Shown in pieces: positions 12,430-25,100 of a stretch of 64,000 nt of DNA (within the stretch, counting starts at the first letter, position 1; each line of letters begins with the position of its first letter). The stretch is from Octopus vulgaris (lineage: Eukaryota): positions 19,034,001 through 19,098,000 of the forward strand of contig OX597838.1 of assembly GCA_951406725.2 (NCBI GenBank). Reading direction: 5' to 3'. The notes beneath the pieces are model-generated. The model had not been told where the DNA came from and searched no databases. It saw nothing but the letters and a program-made list of their open reading frames with translations. Both the position numbers and the translations under genes were made by a program.

Positions 12430-13063
12430 CTGAAAGAAAGATGGAAGAACTGAGAAAGCAAATTTTAGACAAATTTCACATCATCCAATCAATGTTTATT
12501 ATTTATGCCTTAATTAAAAGAAGGGAGGTTTAATTGGTAACAAATTAAAATTTACTCCACTTTAACTATTGATTCAAATGCATCTATCTTTTATCCTTTA
12601 TCTTTTATTGGATCATCCCTTAAATAATGCAGCTTTTTCAATTTTGCATGAATTAAAATTCGGAGGGGGGCAGGACACACTACCTGCATCAACTTGCTAT
12701 AAAAGCAGGTAATAATTTTACCAGGCGCAGGAGTGGCTGTGTGTTAAGTAGCTTGCTTACGAACCACATGGTTCCGGGTTCAGTCCCACTGCATGGCACC
12801 TTAGGCAAGTGTCTTCTACTAGAGCCTCAGGCCGACCAAAGCCTTGTGAGTGGGATTGAACCTGGAACCATGCAGTTGGGATGTAAGCATCATACCACAC
12901 GCTCATGCCTGCACCTATATATATATAGGTCAACTTTGCCTTTCATCCTTTCGGGGTCGATAAATTAAGTACCAGTTTCGCACTGGAGTCGATATAATCG
13001 ACTTAATCCCTTTGTCTGTCTTTGTTTGTTCCCTCTATGTTTAGCCCCTTGTGGGTAGTAAAG

Positions 13064-13102
<39 letters not shown>

Positions 13103-16100
13103 CACACATGCCATTGACTTATATCCTTTAGGTGGACTTAGCCATTCATGTAACCAATACTTGGTCATATGGCCATTTAACCCTTTAGCATTTAAACCGG
13201 GCTACCTCATCAAAATCTCATAGCTACAAGATAATGCATGATTAATTCAAAACAATGTGGATGAAAAAGCATTAATTTTGGCAGAATAATGCGAACACTA
13301 AAGGGTTAAGGCAGTGTTCTAGTAAGGCCAGCGTCCTATGACTGAAACCAGTAAATGAATATAAAAAAAAAAGAACTACTCAATTCTCACCGATTATATC
13401 CGAATGATTTGATTGGTTAATGGAATTGTTGGCATCAGGAAGAAATGTATTCAGAACAGCAACCATTTCTTCTGTGGTGGCCAAGTCAAGTGGTGTAGCA
13501 CCATCAATGGTCTTCAACTGGAGCAGTTTTGGTCCTTCCAATAACAAAAGTAATGAACAGATACAGAAATAATCACATAAAACAACATTGGGTGATAACG
13601 AAAGGACATCAACATATTCAAATTCTACATTAACCTCAAAAGAAATGTAAAGAATCATATAGTAACGAAACATTATTTTATGCCTTGTTTTCCATGATGG
13701 CATGGGTAGAATGCTTCGACAGGATTTAACGGATCAGAGAACCTTATTTTGACCCTATGTCTCCTTTCAGACATGGTTTCTAGAACTGAATGCCCTTCAT
13801 TAACACCAATCACTTTACAGAAAGGACTGGATCTTGTCTTGTCTTGTCTTGAGACAGCATTCACCCGGGGTGGGTTGAGCTGGCTTCATTCATCCTCAAT
13901 GCTGCATCTCTCACAAAAACTCCGACCACGCCTGGCCATTTGAACAACACACACAATTACGTATCAAAAAGTTGTGGCAGTTGTCTTAGGGTCACAACAC
14001 ACAGGCAACATGAGTTTCATTAGCAATCATCATTTAGCGTCCATTTTCCATGCTAGCATGGGTTGGACGGTTCAACTGGGGTCTGTGAAGCCGGAAGACT
14101 TCATCAGGCCTAGTCAGATCTGGCAGTGTTTCTACGGCTGGATGCCCTTCCTAACGCCAACCACTCCGTGAGTGTAGTGGGTGCTTTTTACGTGCCACCC
14201 GCACAGGTGCCAGACAGAGCTGGCAAACGGCCACGAACGGATGGTGCTTTTACGTGTCACCGGCACAGGGGCCAGGCGAGGCTGGCAACGGACACGAACG
14301 GATGGTGCTTTTACGTGCCACCAACACGGGGGCCAGATAGAGCTGGCAAACGGCCATGATTAAAGGATTAATAAAGTTCACAAGTTTAGATGTTAAATTC
14401 ATATGCCTTGGAGAAACAGAAATACAGATGTATCAACTGAAGGCCTTCTTAGGAGACAGTTTAAATCTCTCTCTCCCTCTCTCTCTCTCTCTGATATATG
14501 GATTTGATGAAAGCCTCAAAACGTTGAAACTGATGTCTCCTCACACTATCTGAACTTATCCAAATTTGCAAAACTCTGCTATTTACCTTTGTACTTGAGC
14601 AAGAGCTGGGCGCAAGCAATGCTTTCATTCAAAACTGCATCATGCAGTGGGGTGATGAGGTCTTCAGCTGTAGCACAGACATCAACCCTGGTACTTTGGG
14701 GTTGACTGTAACCTTTAAACAAACAAAAACAAAACAAATATTAACTTCTAGCATCATTATCATCTGCAAAGTCGTGCTGTTAAGTTAAGTTAAGTTAATT
14801 TTTTGGCTCAAAAAGCAAAAAGCAAGGCCATGTAGGGGGACATGGAGTTATGTACAGGGAGGGTGTTCATGCAAAGAGTTCAGGCCATTTCTGGTCAAGA
14901 GAGTCTTTGAACCGAGCAGTCTTCGGCATCTTCACTATTTCGTCCAGCAGCTTATTCCACGGAACCGCAACCCAGACGGAGAAAGCCCCTCTCCTTCGAT
15001 TGAGATGAAATCGTCGCAGATAGAGCTTTTCGGAGTGACCCCGCAGCCGACGCTCTGGAGCAGGAGTGAAGAACAGTTCTTTCGAGAGGTTACACTTTCC
15101 GCTTATGATGTTGTGAGTGAGAATGAGATCAGCACGGCGGCGGCGTTTTTCTAGAGAATAAAGGTCGAGCGTCTTCAGTCTTTCTTCATAAGACAAATGC
15201 TTGAGACCAAGAACCATGCGGGTAGCCAGCTTCTGGACTCTTTCGGGATGATGTATGTCTCTGAGGAGATAAGGAGAAGAGGCTTGAATCCCGTACTCCA
15301 ATATGGGAGATCACCATGTCGCACACATATGGCTGTGATGCATGTGCCTGGTGTGCCCTTATCAGACAGGTAGTCGTGATGGGTATACTTGGCTTCGTAT
15401 ATATTACCCCAGTGTCACTTTGATGGCATGCACTGCTCTCTCACTCAATAATAATAATAACAACAACAACGAAGCAGGAGAAGAAAGAGTTTAAAAGAAG
15501 AAAACTTACAAGCACTAAAGTATGAGTTGATGGTCCGCACACGGTTGAAGTTGAGAAGCTCAGTGACACATTCAGGGTGGTTGTGGTTACAGGCCTCATG
15601 GAGGGGTGTCCATCCATTGTTGTCTGTAGCATTCACATCAATGCCTGCAAAATAGTAGTAATAGTAGTAGTATGTAATCCCAAAAACATTTTAATCTGTA
15701 AACATTATCAAAACTACTTTTAAATGTACCTAATAGCAAATACCTTTTACGGTCATCTTAATGGTCACACTACCATCATACCATCGAATTACTTTTTAAA
15801 ACAAACTTCTAGTTTTCCAGTGTTTTGACAGACATTCTCTAGAACAATACTCTGTGCAAAACCAAATATATGGTACCCTAGTCATAACATCAACTTGAAC
15901 TTCTAACCTGTCTCATGAGGTCTCTGGGTGAGACTTGGAGTCAACTTGTACAATAACAAAGCACACAGATAGTCAATATACCCTCCAACCTTCATCAGGT
16001 GTCTTGGGGAAATTTTGAACCTGGGTTCTCATTCCTAAGGTATTTTTTAAAATATTATTATTATTATTATTATTAAGGTCACTGCCTAGAATCAAATTCG

Positions 16101-19100
16101 GAATCTTGGGGTTAGTAGCCCGTGCTCTTAAGCATATGGCGTAGTGGTTAAGAGCGCTGGCTACTAACCCCAAGATTCCGAGTTCGATTCTAGGCAGTGA
16201 CCATAATAATAACAACAACAACATCTAAAAAAATACCTTAGGAATGAGAACCCAAGTTCAAAATTTCCCCCAAGATACCTGATGAAGGCTGGAGGGTATA
16301 TCAGCCGAAGCATTATGTTAACAACAAACAAGATGAGGACAAATATCTGTCAAATATAAATAATGTAAATAATGAGTTGAAAATATTTACATGAAGAGTC
16401 TAACAAAACTATCAGATTCCTTGAAATTTGCATGGTGGCCTCTATTATCAGTTCCTTGAGTGATAATGGATATTTATATCCACAGGTAAAAAAACAGGTA
16501 CAAAACCACAGCAGATGGGGCTGCATATATTTTTGTTGCCTGATTCAAAGCAGGTAAACAGTGCACATGAATTTACATCAATTGATGTTATGGGATTAAT
16601 ACTAATACAATCAATATAGACAATTAACTAATTAATTGTGTTAACAACAAACAGGAGTGGCTGTGTGGTAAGTAGCTTGTTTACCAACCACATGGTTCCG
16701 GGTTCATTCCCACTGTGTGGCACCTTGGGCAAGTGTCTTCTACTATAGCCTTGGGCCGACCAAAGCCTTGTGAGTGGATTTGGTAGACGGAAACTGAAAG
16801 AAGCCCGTCGTATATATATATATATATATATGCGTGTGTGTGTTTGTGTGTCTGTGTTTGTCCCCCCAGCATTGCTTGACAACCGATGCTGGTGTGTTTA
16901 TATCCCCGTTACTTAGCAGTTTGGCAAAAGAGACCGATAGAATAAGTACTGGGCTTACAAAAGAATAATTCCCGGGGTCGATTTGCTCGATTGAAGGCGG
17001 TGCTCCAGCGTGGCCGCAGTCAAATGACTGAAACAAGTAAAAGTGTAAAAGTGTATCTTACCTGGTAGTGTCAGCAAGTCACGCACCTGATCAACATCAT
17101 TCTTCATACAGGCTATGTGCAGTTTTGTTTCACCTTCACCAAAGAAAGAGAAAATATTTGATAAAAGATTTTCATTAAATCAAGTAGTAGTAGTAGTAGT
17201 AATAGTATGTAAGGTGGTAAGGTGGCAGAATTGTTAGCACGCTGGGTGAAATACTTAGTGGTATTTCACCCACCGCTATGTTCTGCATTCAAATTCTGCT
17301 GAGGTCCACTTTGCCTTTCATCCTTTTGGGGTCAATAAATTAAGTACCAGTGAAACACTAGGGTTGATGTAATTGACTTAACCCCTCCCACCAAATTTCA
17401 AGCCTTGTGCCTATAGCAGAAAGGATCATTATTATTATAATTATGTGAGAGAGTAATGCATGCCATCAATATATGAAGCCCAATATACTGATCGTGACTA
17501 TCTGTGTGTGACATGGTGACCCCGTATCAAGATAAACAGCACATCACCTTGCAGGTGGAGCCCAGTTGGAATTTTCTTCAGGTTTAGTATCCCAGAATAT
17601 TCAAAAGGTCCTTGAATAATGGTTGTTTAAGGATGACGAATGAAACACCCATCTTTCCAGGGATGAATTATTCAAACCCCAAAGAACTCCTCTCAACACT
17701 TCCCTACTACCCCGGCATATGATGAGGACAAATATCCATCAAATGTAAATAAAGCACTTCTGCTGGTTGCTATAGCAATCAAACGTAATTACAGGAACTA
17801 GTGGGGGGGGGGGAGTATTTAACCCTTTAGCATTCAGATTTATCAAATGTAATGGCTCTTCATCCACATCTTTTAAAATTAATCATATAGGCGCAGGAGT
17901 GGCTGTGTAGTAAGTAGCTTGCTTACAAACCACATGGTTACGGGTTCAGTCCCACTGCATGGCATCTTGGGCAAGTGTCTTCTGCTATAGCTTCGGGCCG
18001 ACCAATGCCTTGTGAGTGGTTTTGGTAGATGGAAACTGAAAGAAGCCCGTCGTATATATGTATAGATATATATATGTATGTGTGTATATGATTGTGTGTC
18101 TGTGTTTGTCCCCCCCAACATCGCTTGTAGTGGTGGTGTGTTTACGTCCCCGTCACTTAGTGGTTCAGCAAAAGAGACCGATAGAATAAGTACTGGGCTT
18201 ACAATGAATAAGTCCAGGGGTCAATTTGCTCGACTAAAGGTGGTGCTCCAGCATGGCCACAGTCAAATGACTGAAACAAGTAAAAGAGTATAGTATTTCA
18301 ATAGCTTCAAGATTTTGAAGATGTGATTATTTTAGCATGACATGTAGGGTAGGTGTGAGAGGCTGGATCTGACCAGTTTCAACCTCAAACAGGTAGAATA
18401 TTTGAGCCTGACACGGACTGACAAATGCTAAAGGTTTAAAAACAACAAACACATCAAAATGTGACCAAATGTCTCAATCAAAAAGAAGGACAAGATATAT
18501 TTGAAACGGAGTTCATAAAAACGCAAAATTTACCTTTATAGTTTCTCTTGTTAACATTGCGTGCCAGCCGCTTTGTTAGAAACATCTTGTTGACAGGAGA
18601 GAGCCGAGAAGGCGACTGTGAGTTAGACTCATTCTCAGACGTCAACTGGCAATTTGTTGAATCTTCTGCTAGTACATTATGTGATCTACAAACCAAAAAT
18701 ACAATATATAACAAAATACATATATACACATATATATATTACATACATACATTTATACATTCTATAACACATTTTAAGTTGGTGAGCTGGGCGAAATGCT
18801 TAGCGGTATTTCGTCTGTCTTTACATTCTGAGTTCAAATTCCACCTAGGTAGAAATTGCCTTTCATCCTTTTGGGGTCGATAAATTAATTACCGATTGCA
18901 TACTGGGATCAATCTAATCAACTGCCCTCCCATCCCCACCCCCAAAAGTTTTGGGCCTTTTGCTTCGAGTAGAAACAGATTCTATAACATATTTTATTCC
19001 AGGAGATGACAAGTTCAAAAAGAAGCTATGCCTGGCCACTTAGAAGAAAGTACTGAAAGCCCAGTCTGAGAGTAGATGAAAAATATTTAATCCATAATTG

Positions 19101-22100
19101 TTAGGCACAGGAGTTGCTGTGTAGTAAGTAGCTTGCTTACAAACCACATGGTTCCGGTTCAGTCCCACTGCATGGCACCTTGGGCAAGTGTCTTTTACTA
19201 TAGCCTCGGGCCGATCAAAGCCTTGAGAGTGGATTTTGGTAGACGGAAACTGAAAGAAGCCCGTCGTATATATGTATGTGTGTGTTTGTATGTCTGTGTG
19301 TCCCCCCCCTCAACATCGCTTGACAACCGATGCTGGTGTGTTTACGTCCCTGTCACTTAGCGGTTCGGCAAAACAGACCGATAGAATGTCCTGGGGTCGA
19401 TTTGCTTGACTAAAGGCGGAGCTCCAGCATGGCCGCAGTCAAATGACTGAAACAAGTAAAAGAGTTAGTCTGACAAACTATATATTGTTTCTATGTCTCA
19501 TTGAGAACTAAAGTGAAACAGAAAACCATATTTTGTTGGACTAACAATTATGGATTAAATATATATATGTATGTATGTGTTCTTATATATATATATATCT
19601 AGCATCGAATGGTTATCAACTGCTATTTCCAGCAAAAACTGGGACCTTGTTGTGCCACTATTTCCAATTTATAATTCTACCTTTATGGTGCTTTATTCCG
19701 CTGGAAAACGATACTATTGTATTGTAATATGTAGCGCATATCTTAAATTTAGTCTTTTCAGTAGACCCAGCCGATGAGGACCAAACATTTTTACGATAAT
19801 AAACACATTCTGAAAAGTCTGAGCACTAGGTTGTCCATTTCTCTGGCATTCTTCCCAGAGGTAAGACGAAAATTTTTCATGTTCGCCACCTGCACACACA
19901 ACTTTTGCCTCTACGTATTTAGTACGGCTTTACCTAGCATTGAATGGTTATCAACTGCTGTTTCCAGCAAAAATTGGTACCTTGTAGTGCAACCATTTCC
20001 TATATACATGAGCATATATATGCATATATATATATGTGTGTGTGTGTGTATATGTGTGTAAATATATATAAATCATCATCATCGTTTAGCGTCCGCTTTC
20101 CATGCTAGAATGGGTTGGATGGTTCAACTGGGGTGTGGGAAGCCAGAAGGCTGCGCCAGGCCCAGTCTGATCTGGCAATGTTTCTATGGCTGGATGCCCT
20201 TCCTAATGCCAACCACTCCATGAGTGTAGTGGGTGCTTTTTACGTGCCACCGGCACAGGTGCCAAGCGAGGCTGGCAAACGGCCACGATCGCATGGTGCT
20301 TTTCACGTGCCACCGGCAGTAATGGTAAGACAACAAAAGAATGAATGAGACCTTGATATGTAAATAGAGGAATTTATCTGTAACTAGCAGTATCGCCCGG
20401 CGTTGCTCGGGTTTGTAAGGGAAATAACTATATAAGCATTTTTAGAGATGTAAAGAATAATAGCCACCTCAATATGGTTAACCACAAAGGGGGAGGAGTG
20501 TTACTGTAGCTTTTTACGTTCTGAGATTTAATAATAAATTTTTAGAGAGTTACTTCCCTTATATATGCCAAAAATGCATTAAAAAGGGGGAAAATTGATG
20601 GTAAATTTTTTTTTAAATCATAGACTCATCGTAGACGTGCGCTAATACCCAGAAGGGCTCGATATGAATCACGACTATAAGATACCTGGTTTTGGTTAAA
20701 CTGCACCGCAAAATGTGGGAGTAGTTAGGAATCTAAATCGTAGGAGACAGACACCACACAACCTCACTTTTATATATATAGATATAATATGTGACAATTA
20801 TTCAGTTGCCATAATAAGACTGAGTTTTGGATGTCAGGGCAGAAAACTGCTCCGGCATCTCGTCAGTTATTGAGGCAATCAAAAAAATGCTATGAAAATG
20901 ATCGTTAAACGAAGGGAAATTACTCTGTAATTGACCATTATTAAGACAAAAGAGATATTAGAATGACTTAAGAGGAAAAAAACCTAGGGGAGAAAGTCAA
21001 AAAGTAAAGAAGTAAAATTGCTCATAGAAATTGCGTATGCGTGCATATACATACATATGCACACCCACATACATGGGTCTATATGCATATGCTCACTCAC
21101 ACTCGCATGAAACATACATGTGCACACACATATGCCAATATATGCACATATATATGCAACCATGCATGTACACGTATGCATACGTGCACACATGGGCACA
21201 TACCCGTACGCGCACAATTATATTCAAATACAAGTCTAAAAATGTGCACATGCTATAAATGCAATACTCACTCACGTGAAACACTCGCATGTACACCCAT
21301 ATATATATGCAACTGTACACATGTACATATATACATACCTGCACACACAAACAATGTATATACCACTATGTGCACAAAAAAGTTCATATACATGTCTATA
21401 TACGCACATACACAAGAAAAATGCAGGTAAAGATAAAATACAGAAAAAAAAATTGGTAAAAATATATAAAGCAATAAAGATATATCTATAAATATGTAAA
21501 AAATATATAAAAAGTATATAGAGATAAAATGCTTGTACATGGACACAATATAAGAAACAAGTTCTGTAATCTTGGGGGGACCAAAAACGTAACAAATATT
21601 TAGCCATATGTGGACATGATTCAAAAGGTTCAGTTCTTGAATTTAGACATGTAGCGGGGTCTAATCTGCTTTTCCAGATGAGCCATCTTTCCATATCACA
21701 AAGACTGCACTTTCCACTGCCACTGGTGTAAGGCTTACACTTGGCTAAGATCTTCCAGTGGGTGTTGTAACTGACACCTTTATCTTTTAAGGACCATATA
21801 TGACTGGATAATTTGGTTGTTTTCCTTTTATCCCACTGCCTGAAGCTCAAGGTGTGATTGTTGAACCTGACCTTGAAATTCCCCTCTGTAAGACCCACAT
21901 ATTTCTTTTTCAAAACTGTGTCCTTAGTGGTTGTAGAGTCTATGGTGGCTTCATAAATGATGGTCCCGGACATGCAGGCTCCATTTAGCAGGCGCAAATT
22001 TTTATCCCCGCATGAACAGCTGGTTTGATTTTGTGGTTTTTGTGTGTTGTGTGTGATTATATTTTTAAAATTAGTAGTTGAGCTAAAACTGATTTTTAAG

Positions 22101-25100
22101 TTATGTCTATTGAAGAGCATTCTGTAACTATGATTGACTGGAAAATGTTTATCTCTCAGTGCTAAGAAATACTTACCTATATTGAAGATCACTTCAGGTG
22201 AGTGTGAACCAGATAGTTTTCCTTTTCTTTATTATTGGACTGGTGACAGGTGTATAGGTTATTGCCTCGTTAAATCCACTATCTTTTAGAGCCTTATTAT
22301 ATACTGGGGCAACGCTATTAAAAATGTCCCTATCAGAGTAGAGGCTAGAAATTCCTATGCTAATTTTTTTAACTAAATTTTTAAACACTATGGAGGGATG
22401 GTAGGAACCCACATTAATATAACTAAGTCTATCATTGGGCTTTCTGTAGGGTTTATAAATATTCTTGTTTAGATCTAAGGATACATCTAGGAAATTGACA
22501 ACTGTCAGGTTGGTATCTGTAGTTTTGCTAAGACCGAAAGTTTTCATCGTTTGGATAATGTCCTTCCTAAACCGATCTTGTGCTGGTCCATTGATATTTC
22601 TGGTTAAAGCTAGGACATCATCTTTGTAAATGGTGAAATATACATCAGGGAAAGCCTTGCTCAACGTATCGAGTAGGAATAGGCATATGCAATCTCATTT
22701 GACTATTCCTACTCGATACATTGGGCAAGACTTTCCCTGATGTATATTTCACCTTTTACAAAGATGATGCCCTCACCTTAACCACAAATACCAATGGACT
22801 AGCACAAGATCGGTTTAGGAAGGACATTATCCAAACGATGAAAACTTTCGGTCTTAGCAAAACTACAGATACCAACCTGACAGTTGTCAATTTCCTAGAT
22901 GTATCCTTAGATCTAAACAAGAATATTTATAAACCCTACAGGAAGCCCAATGATAGACTTAGTTATATTAATGTGGGTTCCTGCACACCACCCCCACCCC
23001 ATAGTGTTTAAAAATTTAGTTAACAACATTAGTAAAAGAATTTCTAGCCTCTCCTCTAATAAGGACATTTTTAATAGCATTGCCCTAGTATATAATAAGG
23101 CTCTAAAAGATAGTGGATTTAACGAGGAAATAACCTATACACCTGTCACCAGTTCAATAATAAAGAAAAGAAAAACTATCTGGTTCACACTCACCTGAAG
23201 TGATCTTCAATATAGGTAAGTATTTCTTAGCACTGATAGACATTTTCCAGTCAATCATAGTTACAGAATGCTCTTCAATAGACAACTTAAAAATCAGTTT
23301 TAGCTCAACTACTAATTTTAAAAATATAATCACACACAACACACAAAAACCACAAAATTAAACCAGCTGTTCATGCAGGGATAAAAATTTGTGCCCACTA
23401 AATGGAGCTTGCATGTCCGGGACCATCATTTATGAAGACACCATAGACTCTACAACCACAAAGGACACAGTTTTGGAAAAGAAATAAGTGGGTCTTACAG
23501 AGGGGAATTTTAAGGCCAGGTTCAACAATCATACCTTGAGCTTCAGGCAGTGGGGTAAAAAGAAAACGACCAAATTATCCAGTCATATATGGTCCTTAAA
23601 AGATAAAGGTGTCAGTTATAACACCCACTGGAAGATCTTAGCCATGTGTAAGCCTTACACCAGTGGCAGTGGAAAGTGCAGTCTTTGCGATATGGAAAGA
23701 TGGCTCATCTGGAAAAGCAGATTAGACCCCGCTACATGTCTAAATTCAAGAACTGAACCTTTTGAATCATGTCCACATATGGCTAAATATTTGTTACGTT
23801 TTTGGTCCCCACAAGATTACAGAACTTGCTTCTTATATTGTGTCCATGGACAAGCATTTTATCTCTATATACTTTTTATATATTTTTTACATATTTATAG
23901 ATATATCTTTATTGCTTTATATATTTTTACCAATTTTTTTTTCTGTATTTTATCTTTACCTGCATTTTTCTTGTGTATGTGCGTATATAGACATGTATAT
24001 GAACTTTTTGTGCACATAGTGGTATATACATTGTTTGTGTGTGCAGGTATGTATATATGTACATGTGTACAGTTGCATATATATATGGGTGTACATGCGA
24101 GTGTTTCACGTGAGTGAGTATTGCATTTATAGCATGTGCACATTTTTAGACTTGTATTTGAATATAATTGTGCGCGTACGGGTATGTGCCCATGTGTGCA
24201 CGTATGCATACGTGTACATGCATGGTTGCATATATATGTGCATATATTGGCATGTGTGTGCACATGTATGTTTCATGCGAGTGTGAGTGAGCATATGCAT
24301 ATAGACCCATGTATGTGGGTGTGCATATGTATGTATATGCACGCATACGCAATTTCTATGAGCAATTTTACTTCTTTACTTTTTGACTTTCTCCCCTAGG
24401 TTTTTTTCCTCTTAAACAGTCATTCTAATATCTCTTTTGTCTTAATAATGGTCAATTACATAGTAATTTCCCTTCGTTTAACGATCATTTTCATAGCATT
24501 TTTTTGATTGCCTCAATAACTGACGAGATGCCAGAGCAGTTTTCCACCCCGATATCTGAAACTCAGAGGCTTATTATGGTAACCGAATAATTGTCATATA
24601 TTATATTACAGATATATATATATATATATATACATGTAATTGCATGGAAGGGGTTGATAAGCCATTTAAGAAACACAAAAACCATTAGATTCACTTCAAC
24701 ATTTAAATTTAATTTGCCAAAATATTTTCATCGCTTTGAAACCGCGACCTGTTCACTGACAACATTCCGTGCTGCATCTGAGAAAGTAACAGTTAGTTCA
24801 TGATATATATATATATATGTATGTACGTGTGTATGTATATATGTGTGTAAGTATGTATGTATGTATGTATGTGCGCGTGTGCGTGTGTAGATGCATGCCT
24901 GTGCGTATGTACTTATGTATGTACGTGAATATTTAGGTAAGTGTGTAGACATGTCTGTGTGTGTGTCTGTATGTACATGTGAACATATGTTTATGTACTA
25001 ATGTGTGTTCAAGTTGTATACATGACTTACTTTGTTGAAGGTTGTATACACACACATACATACATACGCATATATATAGACACACACGTGTGTGTGTGTG

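Noticed and set aside
16132-16202. Functional tRNA-Ser(ACT), and other SINE heads as tRNA genes
   Set aside because: The acceptor stem does not pair properly and each head is fused to a repeat body.
22683-22690. GCATATG at the centre of both the large palindrome and the 16132 inverted pair as a shared fold-back signal
   Set aside because: Only two cases, and the 7-mer is largely part of each element's own sequence in an AT/CA-rich background; it cannot be distinguished from chance.
21272-24117. Selenocysteine-recoding (in-frame TGA) Naiad element
   Set aside because: The conserved Cys codons retained here are TGT/TGC. The TGA after WFTLT results from a frameshifting deletion and the TGA in the central spacer aligns with a Gly position.
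20783-24605. Palindrome as a long-read fold-back artefact
   Set aside because: The arms differ by many substitutions and indels, and only one arm carries the Helitron.
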